DNA of 62,486 nt, filler included, from Candidatus Fermentibacterota bacterium (GCA_016928395.1; 4 parts of 4 records of this genome joined end to end with filler, not necessarily neighbours in it), one strand, 5' to 3'. Shown: positions 28,931-39,248, counted from the first letter of the whole stretch. The notes: generated from the letters alone by a model not told the origin. Made by a program: numbers and translations.

Positions 28931-29512
28931 TCACGCCTGAATCCGCCAGACGGCGGCATCCTCGGGCGTATCGATGTCGCGCACCACGGCCGCATCTCCG
29001 GTCTCAACCCGCACCACCGCGGGCCCCAACCACCCCAGAAGATCGCGCAGGGTCAGCTGCCGCCTGGCCATCATCATGCCACAGGCGACGCGGTCCAGAG
29101 CCACTGGATGGCCGCCGCGGCCGAGGTACATCGGCACCGCAGCGTGGGCATTCGGGAAACCCTCCAACGCGCCCAAGAGCATCTGAAGGGTGGCGGGCAG
29201 CACCCCGGGGCAATCCACCGGATGGACAAAGACCACGTCCGCTTCGGCAGCGCGCCGGATCCCGGTTCGCACGGAGCTGGCCATGCCTCGCCCCGGCGCC
29301 ACGTTGCGGATCACGGAAGCCTGGAGAACGGCTGCGCCTGCCTCCACCTCACCGGCGTGATACCCGGTCACCACAAGGAGGTGCACGCCCAGCGCGCGAA
29401 ACGGCGCAGAAGCCTGTTGCAGCAGCGTGGTGTCTTCCTTCGTGATCAAAGCCTTGGGGCTTCCCATGCGGGAGGACTCGCCGGCCGCCAGGATGATCGC
29501 CTCGATCCTCAC
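28931..29512 (-). CDS. Molybdenum cofactor nucleotidyltransferase (MocA-like)
   Basis: IILAAGESSRMGSPKAL, GMASSV, VDCP, GHPV, DIDTPED; GTGA overlap with the FAD subunit. Confidence 0.85.
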   Translation of the reverse strand: MRIEAIILAAGESSRMGSPKALITKEDTTLLQQASAPFRALGVHLLVVTGYHAGEVEAGAAVLQASVIRNVAPGRGMASSVRTGIRRAAEADVVFVHPVDCPGVLPATLQMLLGALEGFPNAHAAVPMYLGRGGHPVALDRVACGMMMARRQLTLRDLLGWLGPAVVRVETGDAAVVRDIDTPEDAAVWRIQA

Positions 29513-30408
29513 GGCAGGAGCCTCGCCGTCACACGCCGCATGAGCACCGCGGTGGCATGACGCACATAGGAGGCTTCGAACCTCCCGGTCTGCACTGCTG
29601 GTATGGCGGCCTCGGCACTCTGTGCTACGACGTCGTCGCTGCACTCCCAAGGGAGCGGGACGCGGCGGGGATAGGGCAGGGCCGCGCCGATGGCGATGGA
29701 CAGGTCGCGGGTTCCCTCGTGACGGGTTCCGGCCACCACCAGATCATGGAAGTCGATGCTTCCCCGGCGCCGCAGCGTCTCCACTGCCACTGCGTCATCA
29801 TCGAGGCAGGGAATCAGAATCTCACTGAGGATGCCGCCACGCCGGCACGGGCCAGCATCGTCGGGGTAGAGCGCCCGCAACGCGATAGTCTCGGCGCCGG
29901 CGGGGGTGATCAGGTTGATCGATGCCCCCGCGGCGAGCAACACGGTGCCAAGCAGGGAGCGCTGCTGGGCCCAACAGCGTTCGCCGCCGGCGTGGCAGCG
30001 CGTTCCGCCGGTGCGAAAACACGGCCCCGACGAGCGGCGCCAGTGCAGGGGGCGGTTGAGAAAGCGACACCGCCCCTCCTGCAGGAGCGCTCCGCCCAGA
30101 GTCGCCAACTCCCGTACCCGGGGGGTGGCCACTTCCATGCATTCCCGGCGCAGCCACTGTGGGCACACGGATGATCGGGATAGACGCCCCAGGGTCACCG
30201 CCGAGCCGACACGGAGACTATCACCATCGCGATGGATTTCTCTCAGTTCCACAAGGCGCCCGATGGCAACGAACGCAGCATCGGCCAGCACCCCATGCTT
30301 CACCCGGGGGAGAAGGTCGGTGCCGCCGGCCAGGGGAACAAAGCCTTCGTCGAGTCTGGCCAAGGCATCCGGCAGCGACCGGGCGATATGCACGGTGTGG
30401 ATCGTCAT
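29509..30408 (-). CDS. Xanthine-dehydrogenase-family FAD subunit with 4-Cys insertion (HcrB-like)
   Basis: AGGTDL, ATLGG, RC..W...C...G..C...RCW insertion, RRGSIDF. Confidence 0.85.
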   Translation of the reverse strand: MTIHTVHIARSLPDALARLDEGFVPLAGGTDLLPRVKHGVLADAAFVAIGRLVELREIHRDGDSLRVGSAVTLGRLSRSSVCPQWLRRECMEVATPRVRELATLGGALLQEGRCRFLNRPLHWRRSSGPCFRTGGTRCHAGGERCWAQQRSLLGTVLLAAGASINLITPAGAETIALRALYPDDAGPCRRGGILSEILIPCLDDDAVAVETLRRRGSIDFHDLVVAGTRHEGTRDLSIAIGAALPYPRRVPLPWECSDDVVAQSAEAAIPAVQTGRFEASYVRHATAVLMRRVTARLLP

Positions 30409-32648
30409 CCGCCGGCCTCCTCAACGGTTGGGTATCCTGCGGCACCGTGGCCGAGGAGAAGATCGGGAGTCAGCGGGATGCGGCAGATGTGTGCCCCGAT
30501 GGCTCGGGCCACCGCATTGGCGATGGCAGGCACCACGGGCAGCAGCGGCCCCTCGCCCGCCTCCTTGGCGCCGTGAGGGCCCGCCGGATCGGGTTCCTCA
30601 ACAATAACGGCATGGATACGGGGCAGATCCGCCGCGGTGGGGATGCCGTACTCCGTGAATCCCACGGGATCCATGATCCCCCGGGTCAGCCCTGACTTCT
30701 CGGTGAGCGCTTCGCCCAGGGCCATGATGGCGCAGCCATGGAGTTGGCCGCGAACACGGCCCAGATCCACTGCCCGGCCGCAGTCATGGGCCAGCCAGAT
30801 GTCGTGCACCACAAGTGTTCCCAGCTCCCGGTCCACGCTCACTCGCGCCGCCGCCGCGCTGAAGCTGAACGCCGGCGACGGCCCCAAGGCGCCGCCGGGA
30901 TAGGAGCCGGCCTCCACCCGAGGCGTGTATCCGCCGCCGGCCATGACCACACCGAGCCGTTCCTCAGCCCGGGCGATGGCCCGCGTTAGGCTCATGCCTC
31001 GGCCGGGTTCGTCTCGTACCACCACCCGCCCCGGCAGGAGATCCAAGTCCTCTGCTCGCGTGCCCAATCTTCGGGCCGCCGCCTCCAGCACGGTGCGCCT
31101 GAGGGAGCCCGCTGCGGCAATGACGGCATTGCCGGCCATAAGGGTGACGCGGCTGGAATAGGAGCCCAAGTCCACGGGACACGCATCGGTATCGCCGGCA
31201 GAGACAATGACGGAGGACGGGGGCTGTCCCAGGGTCTCGGCGGCCAAAACGCGGAGGGTTTCCAAGGCGCCTTGGCCGATGTCAGCCACGCCCACCGTGA
31301 GGGAGAACAGGCCACAGCGATCCGCACGGATGAGGGCTTGGGAATGGGGCAGGCGATTGGGCATAATGGGGAACGCGGCTCCACAGATGTAGGCCGAACC
31401 GGCGAAACCCACCGCCTCGCCGGCTCGGCAGGGGATGTCCTCGGTATGGCGGGCGACTTCCTGAAGGCATCGGACAAATCCCGTGGAACCGATCTTCAGG
31501 CCGTTCACCGTGGCCTCGCCCTGCTCCAGCGCCAGGGCCATCCGCCATGCCACCGGGTCAAGATCCAGGTGCAGTGCGGCATGATCCATGAGCCGTTCCA
31601 CGGCGAATCGGATCTGGACCGACCCGTGCCCACGCTTCGGGCCCGCGGGAGGCCCATTGGTAAACACGCGGCGGCTTCGGAACCTGAGCGATTCGACGCG
31701 ATACGGCACCGCCATGAACTGGCCCGCATAGTACGAGGTGACCAGGCCCATGCCCGCGTAGGCGCCCCCGTTCAGAAGGATATCCGCATCGAGCCCCAGG
31801 ATGGCATGCCGGGAGTCGACCGCCATGCGAAGGGTGATGAGTGCCTCGTGACGGCCCCGATGCGTGTAGAAGACTTCCTCGCGAGAAAGCACGATGCGGA
31901 CCGGGCGGTGCAGCATCATCGAGAGCTTCGCCGCGACGGCTTCATGGGCGTAGACCTCGCTCTTGCCCCCGAAGCCGCCGCCCACCCGGGGAGTCATGAC
32001 CCGCACCGCTGCAGGATCAAGGGCGAGCAGCCGGGCCAGTTCGTGGTGGACGAGATGAGGGCATTGGGTCGAACTCCAGAGCCACAACCGTCTCTCGGGC
32101 CTCCACCATGCCAGGGCGCCGTGGGGCTCAAGGGCCGCATGAGTGCTCGCGCCGTAGCCGTAGGTTCCGGTGAACACTGTGTGGGCGCGGGAGAAGCTCT
32201 CTTCCACGGGCCCGAACTCCAGCACGATGTCACGCAGCACATTGTCGGGGTGATTTTCGTGGAGAGGCGTGGCACCTTCGGCTGAGGTCATGGTCAGCAC
32301 CGGCGGAAGGGAATCCAGGGCGATTTTCACCGTGTTCGCCCCTGCGGCGGCGGCCTCGGGGGATACTCCCACCACTACGGCCAGAGGCTCCCCCACATAG
32401 CGAACCTTTCCTCGCGCCAGCACAGGTTCGTCGCGGGATGAGTGGATTACACCGCCGCGCACGGCAAACGCCTCCCCATCCAGCGCAGCGATAACGCCGG
32501 GTGTTGCCAGGGCAGGCGCCAGATCGATCGCCCGTATGACGGCATGAGGGAGGGATGAACGTACCAACGCGGCATAGACCATGCCGGGCACGGCGAGGTC
32601 GGCCACATAGGGGTCAACCCAGGGCCAGCGAAGGTCAGGCGTGCTCAT
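30405..32648 (-). CDS. Xanthine-dehydrogenase-family molybdopterin subunit (HcrA-like)
   Basis: LEPH, STQCPH, VGGGFGGK, RGHG, DIGQG, DLGSYSSRVT, GAKEAGEGP; ATGA overlaps on both sides. Confidence 0.9.
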   Translation of the reverse strand: MSTPDLRWPWVDPYVADLAVPGMVYAALVRSSLPHAVIRAIDLAPALATPGVIAALDGEAFAVRGGVIHSSRDEPVLARGKVRYVGEPLAVVVGVSPEAAAAGANTVKIALDSLPPVLTMTSAEGATPLHENHPDNVLRDIVLEFGPVEESFSRAHTVFTGTYGYGASTHAALEPHGALAWWRPERRLWLWSSTQCPHLVHHELARLLALDPAAVRVMTPRVGGGFGGKSEVYAHEAVAAKLSMMLHRPVRIVLSREEVFYTHRGRHEALITLRMAVDSRHAILGLDADILLNGGAYAGMGLVTSYYAGQFMAVPYRVESLRFRSRRVFTNGPPAGPKRGHGSVQIRFAVERLMDHAALHLDLDPVAWRMALALEQGEATVNGLKIGSTGFVRCLQEVARHTEDIPCRAGEAVGFAGSAYICGAAFPIMPNRLPHSQALIRADRCGLFSLTVGVADIGQGALETLRVLAAETLGQPPSSVIVSAGDTDACPVDLGSYSSRVTLMAGNAVIAAAGSLRRTVLEAAARRLGTRAEDLDLLPGRVVVRDEPGRGMSLTRAIARAEERLGVVMAGGGYTPRVEAGSYPGGALGPSPAFSFSAAAARVSVDRELGTLVVHDIWLAHDCGRAVDLGRVRGQLHGCAIMALGEALTEKSGLTRGIMDPVGFTEYGIPTAADLPRIHAVIVEEPDPAGPHGAKEAGEGPLLPVVPAIANAVARAIGAHICRIPLTPDLLLGHGAAGYPTVEEAGG

Positions 32649-33112
32649 GCCAGCGCCGCCAGAGCCTCCACCATGAGGGCAGAGCCGCCGCACCGGCATA
32701 GATTGCCCGACAGCTCCCGCTGTATGGTCTCCCGATCTGGGTTTCGCGTATGGGAGAACAGACACCAGGCGGTCACCAGTACGCCCGGCGCGCAGAACCC
32801 GCATTGGATCGCGCCCGCCTCCACGAGGGCGTCGGCGATACGCCGCGCCAGGGGATCGCCAGAGAGCCCCGCTGCGGTACGAATCGAGCAGCCATCACAG
32901 CATGCGGTCAGCACAAGGCAACTGGGCACGGCTACGCCGTCCACTGCCACCGTACACGCGCCGCAGGCACCCTCCCCGCACCCCACCTTGACGTCCGCAC
33001 AGCCATAGCGGCGCAGGGTTTCCACCAGCGTCTCATCGGGCCTTGGCGTCACGGTCGTGGGCCGGTCGTTCACCGTCAGCCGCACCGTCGCGCATGGAGT
33101 CGCGTCTATCAT
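32645..33112 (-). CDS. (2Fe-2S)-binding small subunit (CoxS/HcrC-like)
   Basis: GCGEGACGACTV..SC, QCGFCAPG, GNLCRCG. Confidence 0.92.
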   Translation of the reverse strand: MIDATPCATVRLTVNDRPTTVTPRPDETLVETLRRYGCADVKVGCGEGACGACTVAVDGVAVPSCLVLTACCDGCSIRTAAGLSGDPLARRIADALVEAGAIQCGFCAPGVLVTAWCLFSHTRNPDRETIQRELSGNLCRCGGSALMVEALAALA

Positions 33113-33245
33113 GCCACACCCTGGCGTCGAATGGGTCTCATGGGGGAGGGCCTCACACGCGGGCCAACTTACAGCGAAGACTGCTCCACAGCCCGCGGAA
33201 TCCGCGCGGCTTCAGTCCGCAACCCGGCTCGTGGGGAGCGGGGCG

Positions 33246-35987
33246 CTAGGAGCAGCCGGTGGTCGTGCCGCAGTTGGGGCACACGTAACACTTTCCGCTG
33301 CTGATGGTGATGCTCCCGCATGAGGGGCACGGCGGGCTGCCGATCTGGTTCTTGGCGGCCTGGGCGGCTTCGGCTTGGGACACGGGCAGCACGGCAAGCT
33401 CAAGCTGGGGCTGGCCGGTCATGGTATCTGCCTCCTCGGGAGCAAAGAACTTCAAGGCCAGCCAACGGAAGATGTAATCAAGGACGGATTTCGCGGTCGG
33501 GATCTGCGGGTTGGTCGTCGCCCCCGATGGCTCGAACCTGAGGTGACTGAACTTGTCAATGAGCACAGTGAGAGGCACGCCATACTGCAGCATGATGGAT
33601 GTGGCGGTGGCAAAGGAATCCATGAGCCCGCTGACCACGGATCCTTCCTTGGCCATGCGGACAAAGATCTCACCAGGGGATCCGTCCTCGTACTTGCCGA
33701 CCGTGATATACCCCTCATGGCCTCCGATGGAGAACTTGTGGGTAACCGCCAGGCGCTCCGCGGGGAGCCGGCGGCGCATGGGTTTTTTCGGAGCGGGCTT
33801 CGGGTCTTTCCTGACGGAGAGCGGCTGATCGTTCTTGCAGCCATCGCGGTAGATGCACACCGCTTTCAACCCCAGCTTCCACGCCTCGACGAAGATGTCG
33901 TAGATTTCGTCTACCGTCGTTTCGTGGCCGACATTCACGGTCTTGGAGATGGCGCCTGAGATAAAGGGCTGGACCGCGGCCATCATGCGGAGGTGGCCCA
34001 GAGGTCCGATGCAGCGGACGCCCCGCTCGGGCGTCAGCGCGCAATCGAACACGGGGAGATGATCATCGTGCAGACCTCCGGCGCCTTCGATGGTGCCGGT
34101 GCGCTCCACATGGTCAAGGATCTTGCCGGTCTCATGGGGAGCATACCCCAAGGTGGTCAGCGCCCTGGCCAGGGAGCGGTTCACCATGCGGATGGTGCCC
34201 CCGTCCACCATCTTCTTCGTCTTGACAAGGGCAATGTCGGGCTCGATTCCGGTGGTATCGCAGTCCATCATGAACGAAATGGTTCCCGTCGGCGCGAGCA
34301 CGGAAACCTGCGCATTGCGCACCCCGAAACGACGTGCTCCTTCGTCGGCCAGTTGCCAGACCTTGCGCACCGTATCCAGAAGGAGGGAGGGAACGCTCTC
34401 ACTATCGATCTCGTTGACTTTCTCTCGGTGCATGTTCAGCACCTTCTGAACCGAAGAGCGATTTGCCGAGTATTCCTCAAAGGGGCCCAGAAGTGAGGCA
34501 AGCTCAGTGGAAAACCTGTAGGCTTCTCCCGTCATCAGGGCGGTTATGGCTGCGGCCAGCGCCCGGCCCTGGTCGCTGTCATAGGGAAGGCCCAAAGACA
34601 TGAGCAGGCATCCGAGATTCGCATAGCCCAGACCCAGAGGCCGGTACCTGTGGCTGTTGGCTCCGATGCGGAGTGTCGGGTACTGCGCATTGTCCACGAT
34701 AATGTCCTGGGCGGCGATCATGATGTCCACCACGTAGCGGAACGACTCGACGTCGAATGCACCATCCTCCCCGACAAACTTGACAAGGTTCAGGGAGGCG
34801 AGATTGCAGGCGGAGTCATCCACGAACATGTACTCGCTACAGGGGTTGCTGGCGCGGATGCGCGTGGTGTCCGCGCAGGTGTGCCAGGCATTTGCCGTGG
34901 TGTCGAACTGCAGCCCAGGGTCGCCGCATTCATGGGCGCACTCGGCCATGAGCCGGAGAAGCTCCCGGGCGCTGCGGCGCTCCAACACCTCGCCGTTGGT
35001 CACCGCCCGCAGATTCCACTCGCCGCCCCGGAGCGCACGCTCCATGAAGTCATCGGTGACACGCACGGAGTTGTTGGAGTTCTGGAAGAATACCGAGGAG
35101 TACGCCTCTCCCGTAAGGCTGCCATCGTATCCCGCGGCGATAAGGGCCTTGGCCTTACGTTCCTCCCGGATCTTGCATTGCACGAATTCGGCGACATCGG
35201 GATGATCAACATCGAGGATGACCATCTTGGCGGCGCGACGGGTCTTGCCACCGGACTTGATGACGCCGGCAAACGCGTCGTACCCGCGCATGAACGAGAC
35301 GGGCCCCGATGCATGACCGCCGGAAGAGAGGCGTTCCTTGCTGGAACGTATCGTAGAAAGATTGGTGCCAGTCCCGCTGCCATGCTTGAACAGGGTGCCC
35401 TCAGTCTTGGCCAGATCAAGGATCGAGTCCATGGTGTCTTCCACGGAATTGATGAAGCAGGCCGAACACTGAGGCCGCTCCTCGATGCCGACATTGAACC
35501 AGACAGGGCTATTGAATGAGGCGATCTGGTGGAGGAGGATATGTGACAATTCCTCGGAGTAGACCCGGGCTTGGTCATCCCCGGAGAAGTACCCGTCCTT
35601 GATGCCCCACGCGGTGATCGTATCAACGACGCGGGAGATGAGTTGCTTGACGCTGTGCTCGCGGCTGCCGAGGTCGGGCGATCCCTTGAAATACTTGGAA
35701 GCGACCACATTGGTTGCCGTGGCCGACCACGATGCCGGAACCTCCACCTTTTCTTGTGTGAATACGGTCGTACCGTCCGCCGCGTTGATCGAAGCTGAGC
35801 GCTCCTCCCATTCCACGGCGTCGAAGGGATGGATCCCGGCACGGGTGAAGTGACGCCGAAGAAGGATTCCCCGGGCCGGTCCATCACCCGGGGCGGACCG
35901 AGGCGGGCGCCATCCTGAGGACTTCTGGGGCCAGAAAATCAACTGCCGTTCATCCACAGCCGAGTCGTCCTGAACTGCATGCTTCAT
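33246..35987 (-). CDS. nrdJ: Vitamin B12-dependent (class II) ribonucleotide reductase with C-terminal TSCPD domain
   Basis: FNSPVWFN, QCSACFI, GGKTRRAAKM, SNPCSEY, SACNLAS, APTGTI, GAISKTVN, YRDG; terminal CxxC..CxxC..GCS. Confidence 0.95.
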   Translation of the reverse strand: MKHAVQDDSAVDERQLIFWPQKSSGWRPPRSAPGDGPARGILLRRHFTRAGIHPFDAVEWEERSASINAADGTTVFTQEKVEVPASWSATATNVVASKYFKGSPDLGSREHSVKQLISRVVDTITAWGIKDGYFSGDDQARVYSEELSHILLHQIASFNSPVWFNVGIEERPQCSACFINSVEDTMDSILDLAKTEGTLFKHGSGTGTNLSTIRSSKERLSSGGHASGPVSFMRGYDAFAGVIKSGGKTRRAAKMVILDVDHPDVAEFVQCKIREERKAKALIAAGYDGSLTGEAYSSVFFQNSNNSVRVTDDFMERALRGGEWNLRAVTNGEVLERRSARELLRLMAECAHECGDPGLQFDTTANAWHTCADTTRIRASNPCSEYMFVDDSACNLASLNLVKFVGEDGAFDVESFRYVVDIMIAAQDIIVDNAQYPTLRIGANSHRYRPLGLGYANLGCLLMSLGLPYDSDQGRALAAAITALMTGEAYRFSTELASLLGPFEEYSANRSSVQKVLNMHREKVNEIDSESVPSLLLDTVRKVWQLADEGARRFGVRNAQVSVLAPTGTISFMMDCDTTGIEPDIALVKTKKMVDGGTIRMVNRSLARALTTLGYAPHETGKILDHVERTGTIEGAGGLHDDHLPVFDCALTPERGVRCIGPLGHLRMMAAVQPFISGAISKTVNVGHETTVDEIYDIFVEAWKLGLKAVCIYRDGCKNDQPLSVRKDPKPAPKKPMRRRLPAERLAVTHKFSIGGHEGYITVGKYEDGSPGEIFVRMAKEGSVVSGLMDSFATATSIMLQYGVPLTVLIDKFSHLRFEPSGATTNPQIPTAKSVLDYIFRWLALKFFAPEEADTMTGQPQLELAVLPVSQAEAAQAAKNQIGSPPCPSCGSITISSGKCYVCPNCGTTTGCS

Positions 35988-36090
35988 GATCTGCCGTCTC
36001 CCCCTCCATGCGGTACGCGCCGCAGAGGCATGGTACTACTCTGAAGGTGTCTTCCCCTTGTCTGACGAAGTGCTCGAGCGGATGTGTCGC

Positions 36091-36143
36091 ACACAACATG
36101 TTGTTGTGGGTCGCAACATGACCCCAACACCTTGGGCTGTCAA
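36091..36143 (-). promoter_or_regulatory. Tandem NrdR boxes overlapping the putative nrdJ promoter
   Basis: ACACAACATGTTGTTG (36091) and CCCCAACACCTTGGGC (36122), 31 bp apart, match acaCwAtATaTwGtgt; minus-strand TTGACA (36143-36138), 17 nt, CATGTT. Confidence 0.75.
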
Positions 36144-36259
36144 GAGGGGATTACCGCCAGGCGATGCACTGGCGTCTTGACGGCTGAGGACCGGGAGATA
36201 ACCTTAGTGCCGACGGTCAGAAGCCCCATTCCTGGCGCGATGGCAGGCCGCCAATGAAG

Positions 36260-36433
36260 ACGGGAAGGATGGCGTAATGAATGGGTGGAAGGATGGGGGA
36301 GAGGGTTTGGGGTTCGAGGAAGAACATCGAACATCGAAGACCCGCATCGTGAGGATGATGGAAGCAGGCGAAGCTAGCGGGATGGAGGGGTGTGATGGTG
36401 GACTGTGAACTGCACACCGTGAACTGTGTACTG
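36260..36433 (+). repeat. Degenerate 7/8-mer repeat patch (GAATGG-type, AACATCG, GTGAACT)
   Basis: Read directly between the divergent genes. Confidence 0.55.
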
Positions 36434-36459
36434 CTCGCGAGGCGAGCCCGAGGAGGCCG

Positions 36460-38043
36460 ATGACTACGAAGCGTCTGCGAAGGCTGTCGCAGCACATCGC
36501 GTCTCTACCAGCCTTGCCGACATTGGCGCCTGAGGCCTTCCAGGAGGCGTCCGATGCCGTGGATGCCCTCGTGCGCGACATCAGGGCTTTGGGCTCGGAG
36601 CTTCTCCTCGATGGGGCCTCACTGGTCACCTTAGCCAAGGATCTGCGTCGGATCGGTGATCCTTCTGCCTCTGAAATGGTCGCCGGCCACCTGGCGGAGG
36701 TGTTCATGGAGGCGGGACGGCCCCGAGAGGCCGCGCAGTTCCTCAAAGTTGGAGGTCTGGCGTGCACCGACCAGGGGCTCTTCCCTCCGGCGATTTCCAT
36801 GTTCGAGAGGGCGCTGGCTGCAGTCGCAGACGATGATCCCGAATTCGAGGCTGTGGCTATCCTCAACAACCTGGGCAATGCCCTTACCGAGTTGGAGCGC
36901 TTCGAGGATGCCCACGCTACATACGGAAGGGCGGCCAGACTTCTCGACGAAGCTCCCATGGACGCGTTCCAGAAGGCCCGGGGCGAGGAACCCGAGATGG
37001 TGCGGGGCACTGTCATCAACAATGCCGGATGGGCGCTTATGCGCCAAGGCAAACAGGCGGGTCGGGATCACGATCTGCTCATGCACGCAATCCGCGCTTT
37101 TCGGCAAGTACTTCAGGGTCGTCTCAGGCCGCGCACACGGATCATCGCCACGGGCAATCTGGCCGAAGCGTGCCTTCTCCGCGGGGAGATCGCCACCGCC
37201 GAACGTCTCCTCCAACCTCTGGAGGCCGAGTGTGTGGAATTGCGTCTGGAGCGGCTGCTCCCCGAAGTGTACCGCCGCCGAGCACAGCTTAGCGCTGCCC
37301 GGGGTCATGTGGAAAGCGCCATGTCCTGGACACGAAAGGCTCTGCAGAGCAGCCTGATCTTCACGAGCCCACGCCAGGAAATTCGGGTGATTGAGGTGTG
37401 TTTCGATCTCTTGAAAGAGCTTCTTGCATCCGAGGGAGACCGTATGACAGGTCTGGAGCGCTCGGGCGCCCAGGTACTGGGTGAACTCCTGGATCTTCTC
37501 GAGAGCAAAGATACCTACACCGGCGGTGATCATTCGCGACGTGTTGCCAGCCTTTCCCGGCGATTGGCTGCCCAATTGGACGATGCGTCGGGGCACGACG
37601 AGCGGCATCTCAAGACCGTGGAGTTAGGCGGTCTGCTCCACGATATCGGTAAACTCATGATCCCCTGGAGCCTTCTCAACCGACTCCGACCTCTGCAACC
37701 GCACGAGATTGAGCTTCTCCATCATCACGCGGCGGCAGGCGAGGCGCTGTTGATGGATATTGGGCTCCCCGAGTTGGCACGAATTGCCGGCGAACACCAT
37801 GAGCGACCGGATGGGACGGGCTATCCTCGAGGAATCACAGCCCTCAGTCTCGACGGGGCCGTGGTCGCGGTGGCCGATGCGTACGAAGCGATGACCTCAC
37901 CGTCGCGCCGGTATCGCCTTCCCCTACGCCCCAAGAGCGCCGTGGCAGAAGTGCTGGCCGCCTCGGGACATCAGTTTGTACCCTTGGCGGCCCAGGCACT
38001 GGAGGCGGTGATCCTACGCCGACCGCAGGCGCCTCGGCGCTAG
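36460..38043 (+). CDS. TPR-repeat + HD-GYP phosphodiesterase
   Basis: GAGGAGG SD; ILNNLGNA and INNAGWA TPR-like helices; HSRRVA, LHDIGK, HHERPDGTGYP, VADAYEAMTS. Confidence 0.88.
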   Translation: MTTKRLRRLSQHIASLPALPTLAPEAFQEASDAVDALVRDIRALGSELLLDGASLVTLAKDLRRIGDPSASEMVAGHLAEVFMEAGRPREAAQFLKVGGLACTDQGLFPPAISMFERALAAVADDDPEFEAVAILNNLGNALTELERFEDAHATYGRAARLLDEAPMDAFQKARGEEPEMVRGTVINNAGWALMRQGKQAGRDHDLLMHAIRAFRQVLQGRLRPRTRIIATGNLAEACLLRGEIATAERLLQPLEAECVELRLERLLPEVYRRRAQLSAARGHVESAMSWTRKALQSSLIFTSPRQEIRVIEVCFDLLKELLASEGDRMTGLERSGAQVLGELLDLLESKDTYTGGDHSRRVASLSRRLAAQLDDASGHDERHLKTVELGGLLHDIGKLMIPWSLLNRLRPLQPHEIELLHHHAAAGEALLMDIGLPELARIAGEHHERPDGTGYPRGITALSLDGAVVAVADAYEAMTSPSRRYRLPLRPKSAVAEVLAASGHQFVPLAAQALEAVILRRPQAPRR

Positions 38044-38132
38044 CGGCGTGCCCCTCTGGGGGACCAGAAGAGACTTGATGCGTAACGAACACCGGCGCGC
38101 GAATCTGCGCCGTCATTTCTGAAGGAGGACTC

Positions 38133-39248
38133 ATGCCGCGAACCATGAAGGCTGTGGTCAAGACTGCCCCTCACCTTGGGGCCGAATGGCGTGACGTGCC
38201 CGTGCCGATGCCCCTACCGGACTGGGTGCTCCTCAGGGTCCGGGCGACGTCCATCTGCGGGACCGATGTCCACATCTACGGGTGGAATCAATGGGCGCAG
38301 ACACGCATCGGCATAGAGAGACTTCCGCAGATACTAGGCCATGAGGTGGCGGGGGAGGTGGTGGAGGCCGGCTCGCAGTGTAGGTGCATCAGGGTGGGAG
38401 ATTACGTGTCCGCGGAGACCCACATCTATCACCCCGCAGATCTCCAGGCGATGCTGGGCCAGCGCCACATCGGTGAACGAATGAAGATCGTAGGCGTCGA
38501 TCACGACGGTTGCTTTGCGGAGTACTTCGCAGTGCCGGAATCGGTATGCTGGGTAAACGATGGGGCTATTCCGCCCGAACTGGCAGCGGTACAGGAGCCC
38601 ATGGGCAATGCGTGCTACGCCTTGCTAGGCGAGGATTGCGATGTTGCCGGCAAATCGGTGGTCATACTAGGAGACGGCCCCACGGCATTGTTTGCTGTCG
38701 GCATTGCTAGGGCCGTCGGTTTGACCACCATCGTGGTGATAGGCGCCTCGTCGTACGCATTAGGCATTGCGCGGCGAATGGGGGCGGATCACACGCTGGA
38801 CATCACCGATAGCGGCGTTGACCGCGTGCAGTACGTTCGTGACCTCACCGGCGGGTACGGCGCTGATCTTGTCCTCGACATGGTGGGAGCGGCCTCGGCC
38901 ATCCAGGAGGGGCTGAAGATCATCCGAAAGGGAGGCCGCTACAGCGCATTCGGAGTATCAGGAAGCGCCACGATTCCCATCGATTACAACAACGGCATTG
39001 TGTTCCGCGGTATCCAGATCCACGGCATTTCGGGCCGCAAACTGTTCGATACCTGGTATCGCGTCCGCAACCTGCTGGCCTCGGCGCGGGTGGATATTCG
39101 ACCGATCATCACTCATCTGCTGCCCCTGGAGCGCTTCACCGAGGGCTTTGAGACTGCCATGGGCACGCCCAGGCAGTGCGGCAAGGTTGTCCTCTTCCCG
39201 GATGCACAGGAGCTGGCGGCTGCCCGGCAGAGGATGAGCGCGACATAG
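38133..39248 (+). CDS. tdh: L-threonine 3-dehydrogenase-like Zn alcohol dehydrogenase lacking the structural-Zn cysteines
   Basis: TSICGTDVHIY.W..WA, GHE, VSAETHI, QEPMGNA, GISGRKLFDTWY, CGKVVL. Confidence 0.82.
   Translation: MPRTMKAVVKTAPHLGAEWRDVPVPMPLPDWVLLRVRATSICGTDVHIYGWNQWAQTRIGIERLPQILGHEVAGEVVEAGSQCRCIRVGDYVSAETHIYHPADLQAMLGQRHIGERMKIVGVDHDGCFAEYFAVPESVCWVNDGAIPPELAAVQEPMGNACYALLGEDCDVAGKSVVILGDGPTALFAVGIARAVGLTTIVVIGASSYALGIARRMGADHTLDITDSGVDRVQYVRDLTGGYGADLVLDMVGAASAIQEGLKIIRKGGRYSAFGVSGSATIPIDYNNGIVFRGIQIHGISGRKLFDTWYRVRNLLASARVDIRPIITHLLPLERFTEGFETAMGTPRQCGKVVLFPDAQELAAARQRMSAT

Noticed and set aside
27859-29445. Long antisense ORFs (also 6735-8027, 20544-21698, 22052-23323, 60065-61408)
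   Set aside because: Shadows of well-supported opposite-strand genes in high-GC DNA, with no motifs.
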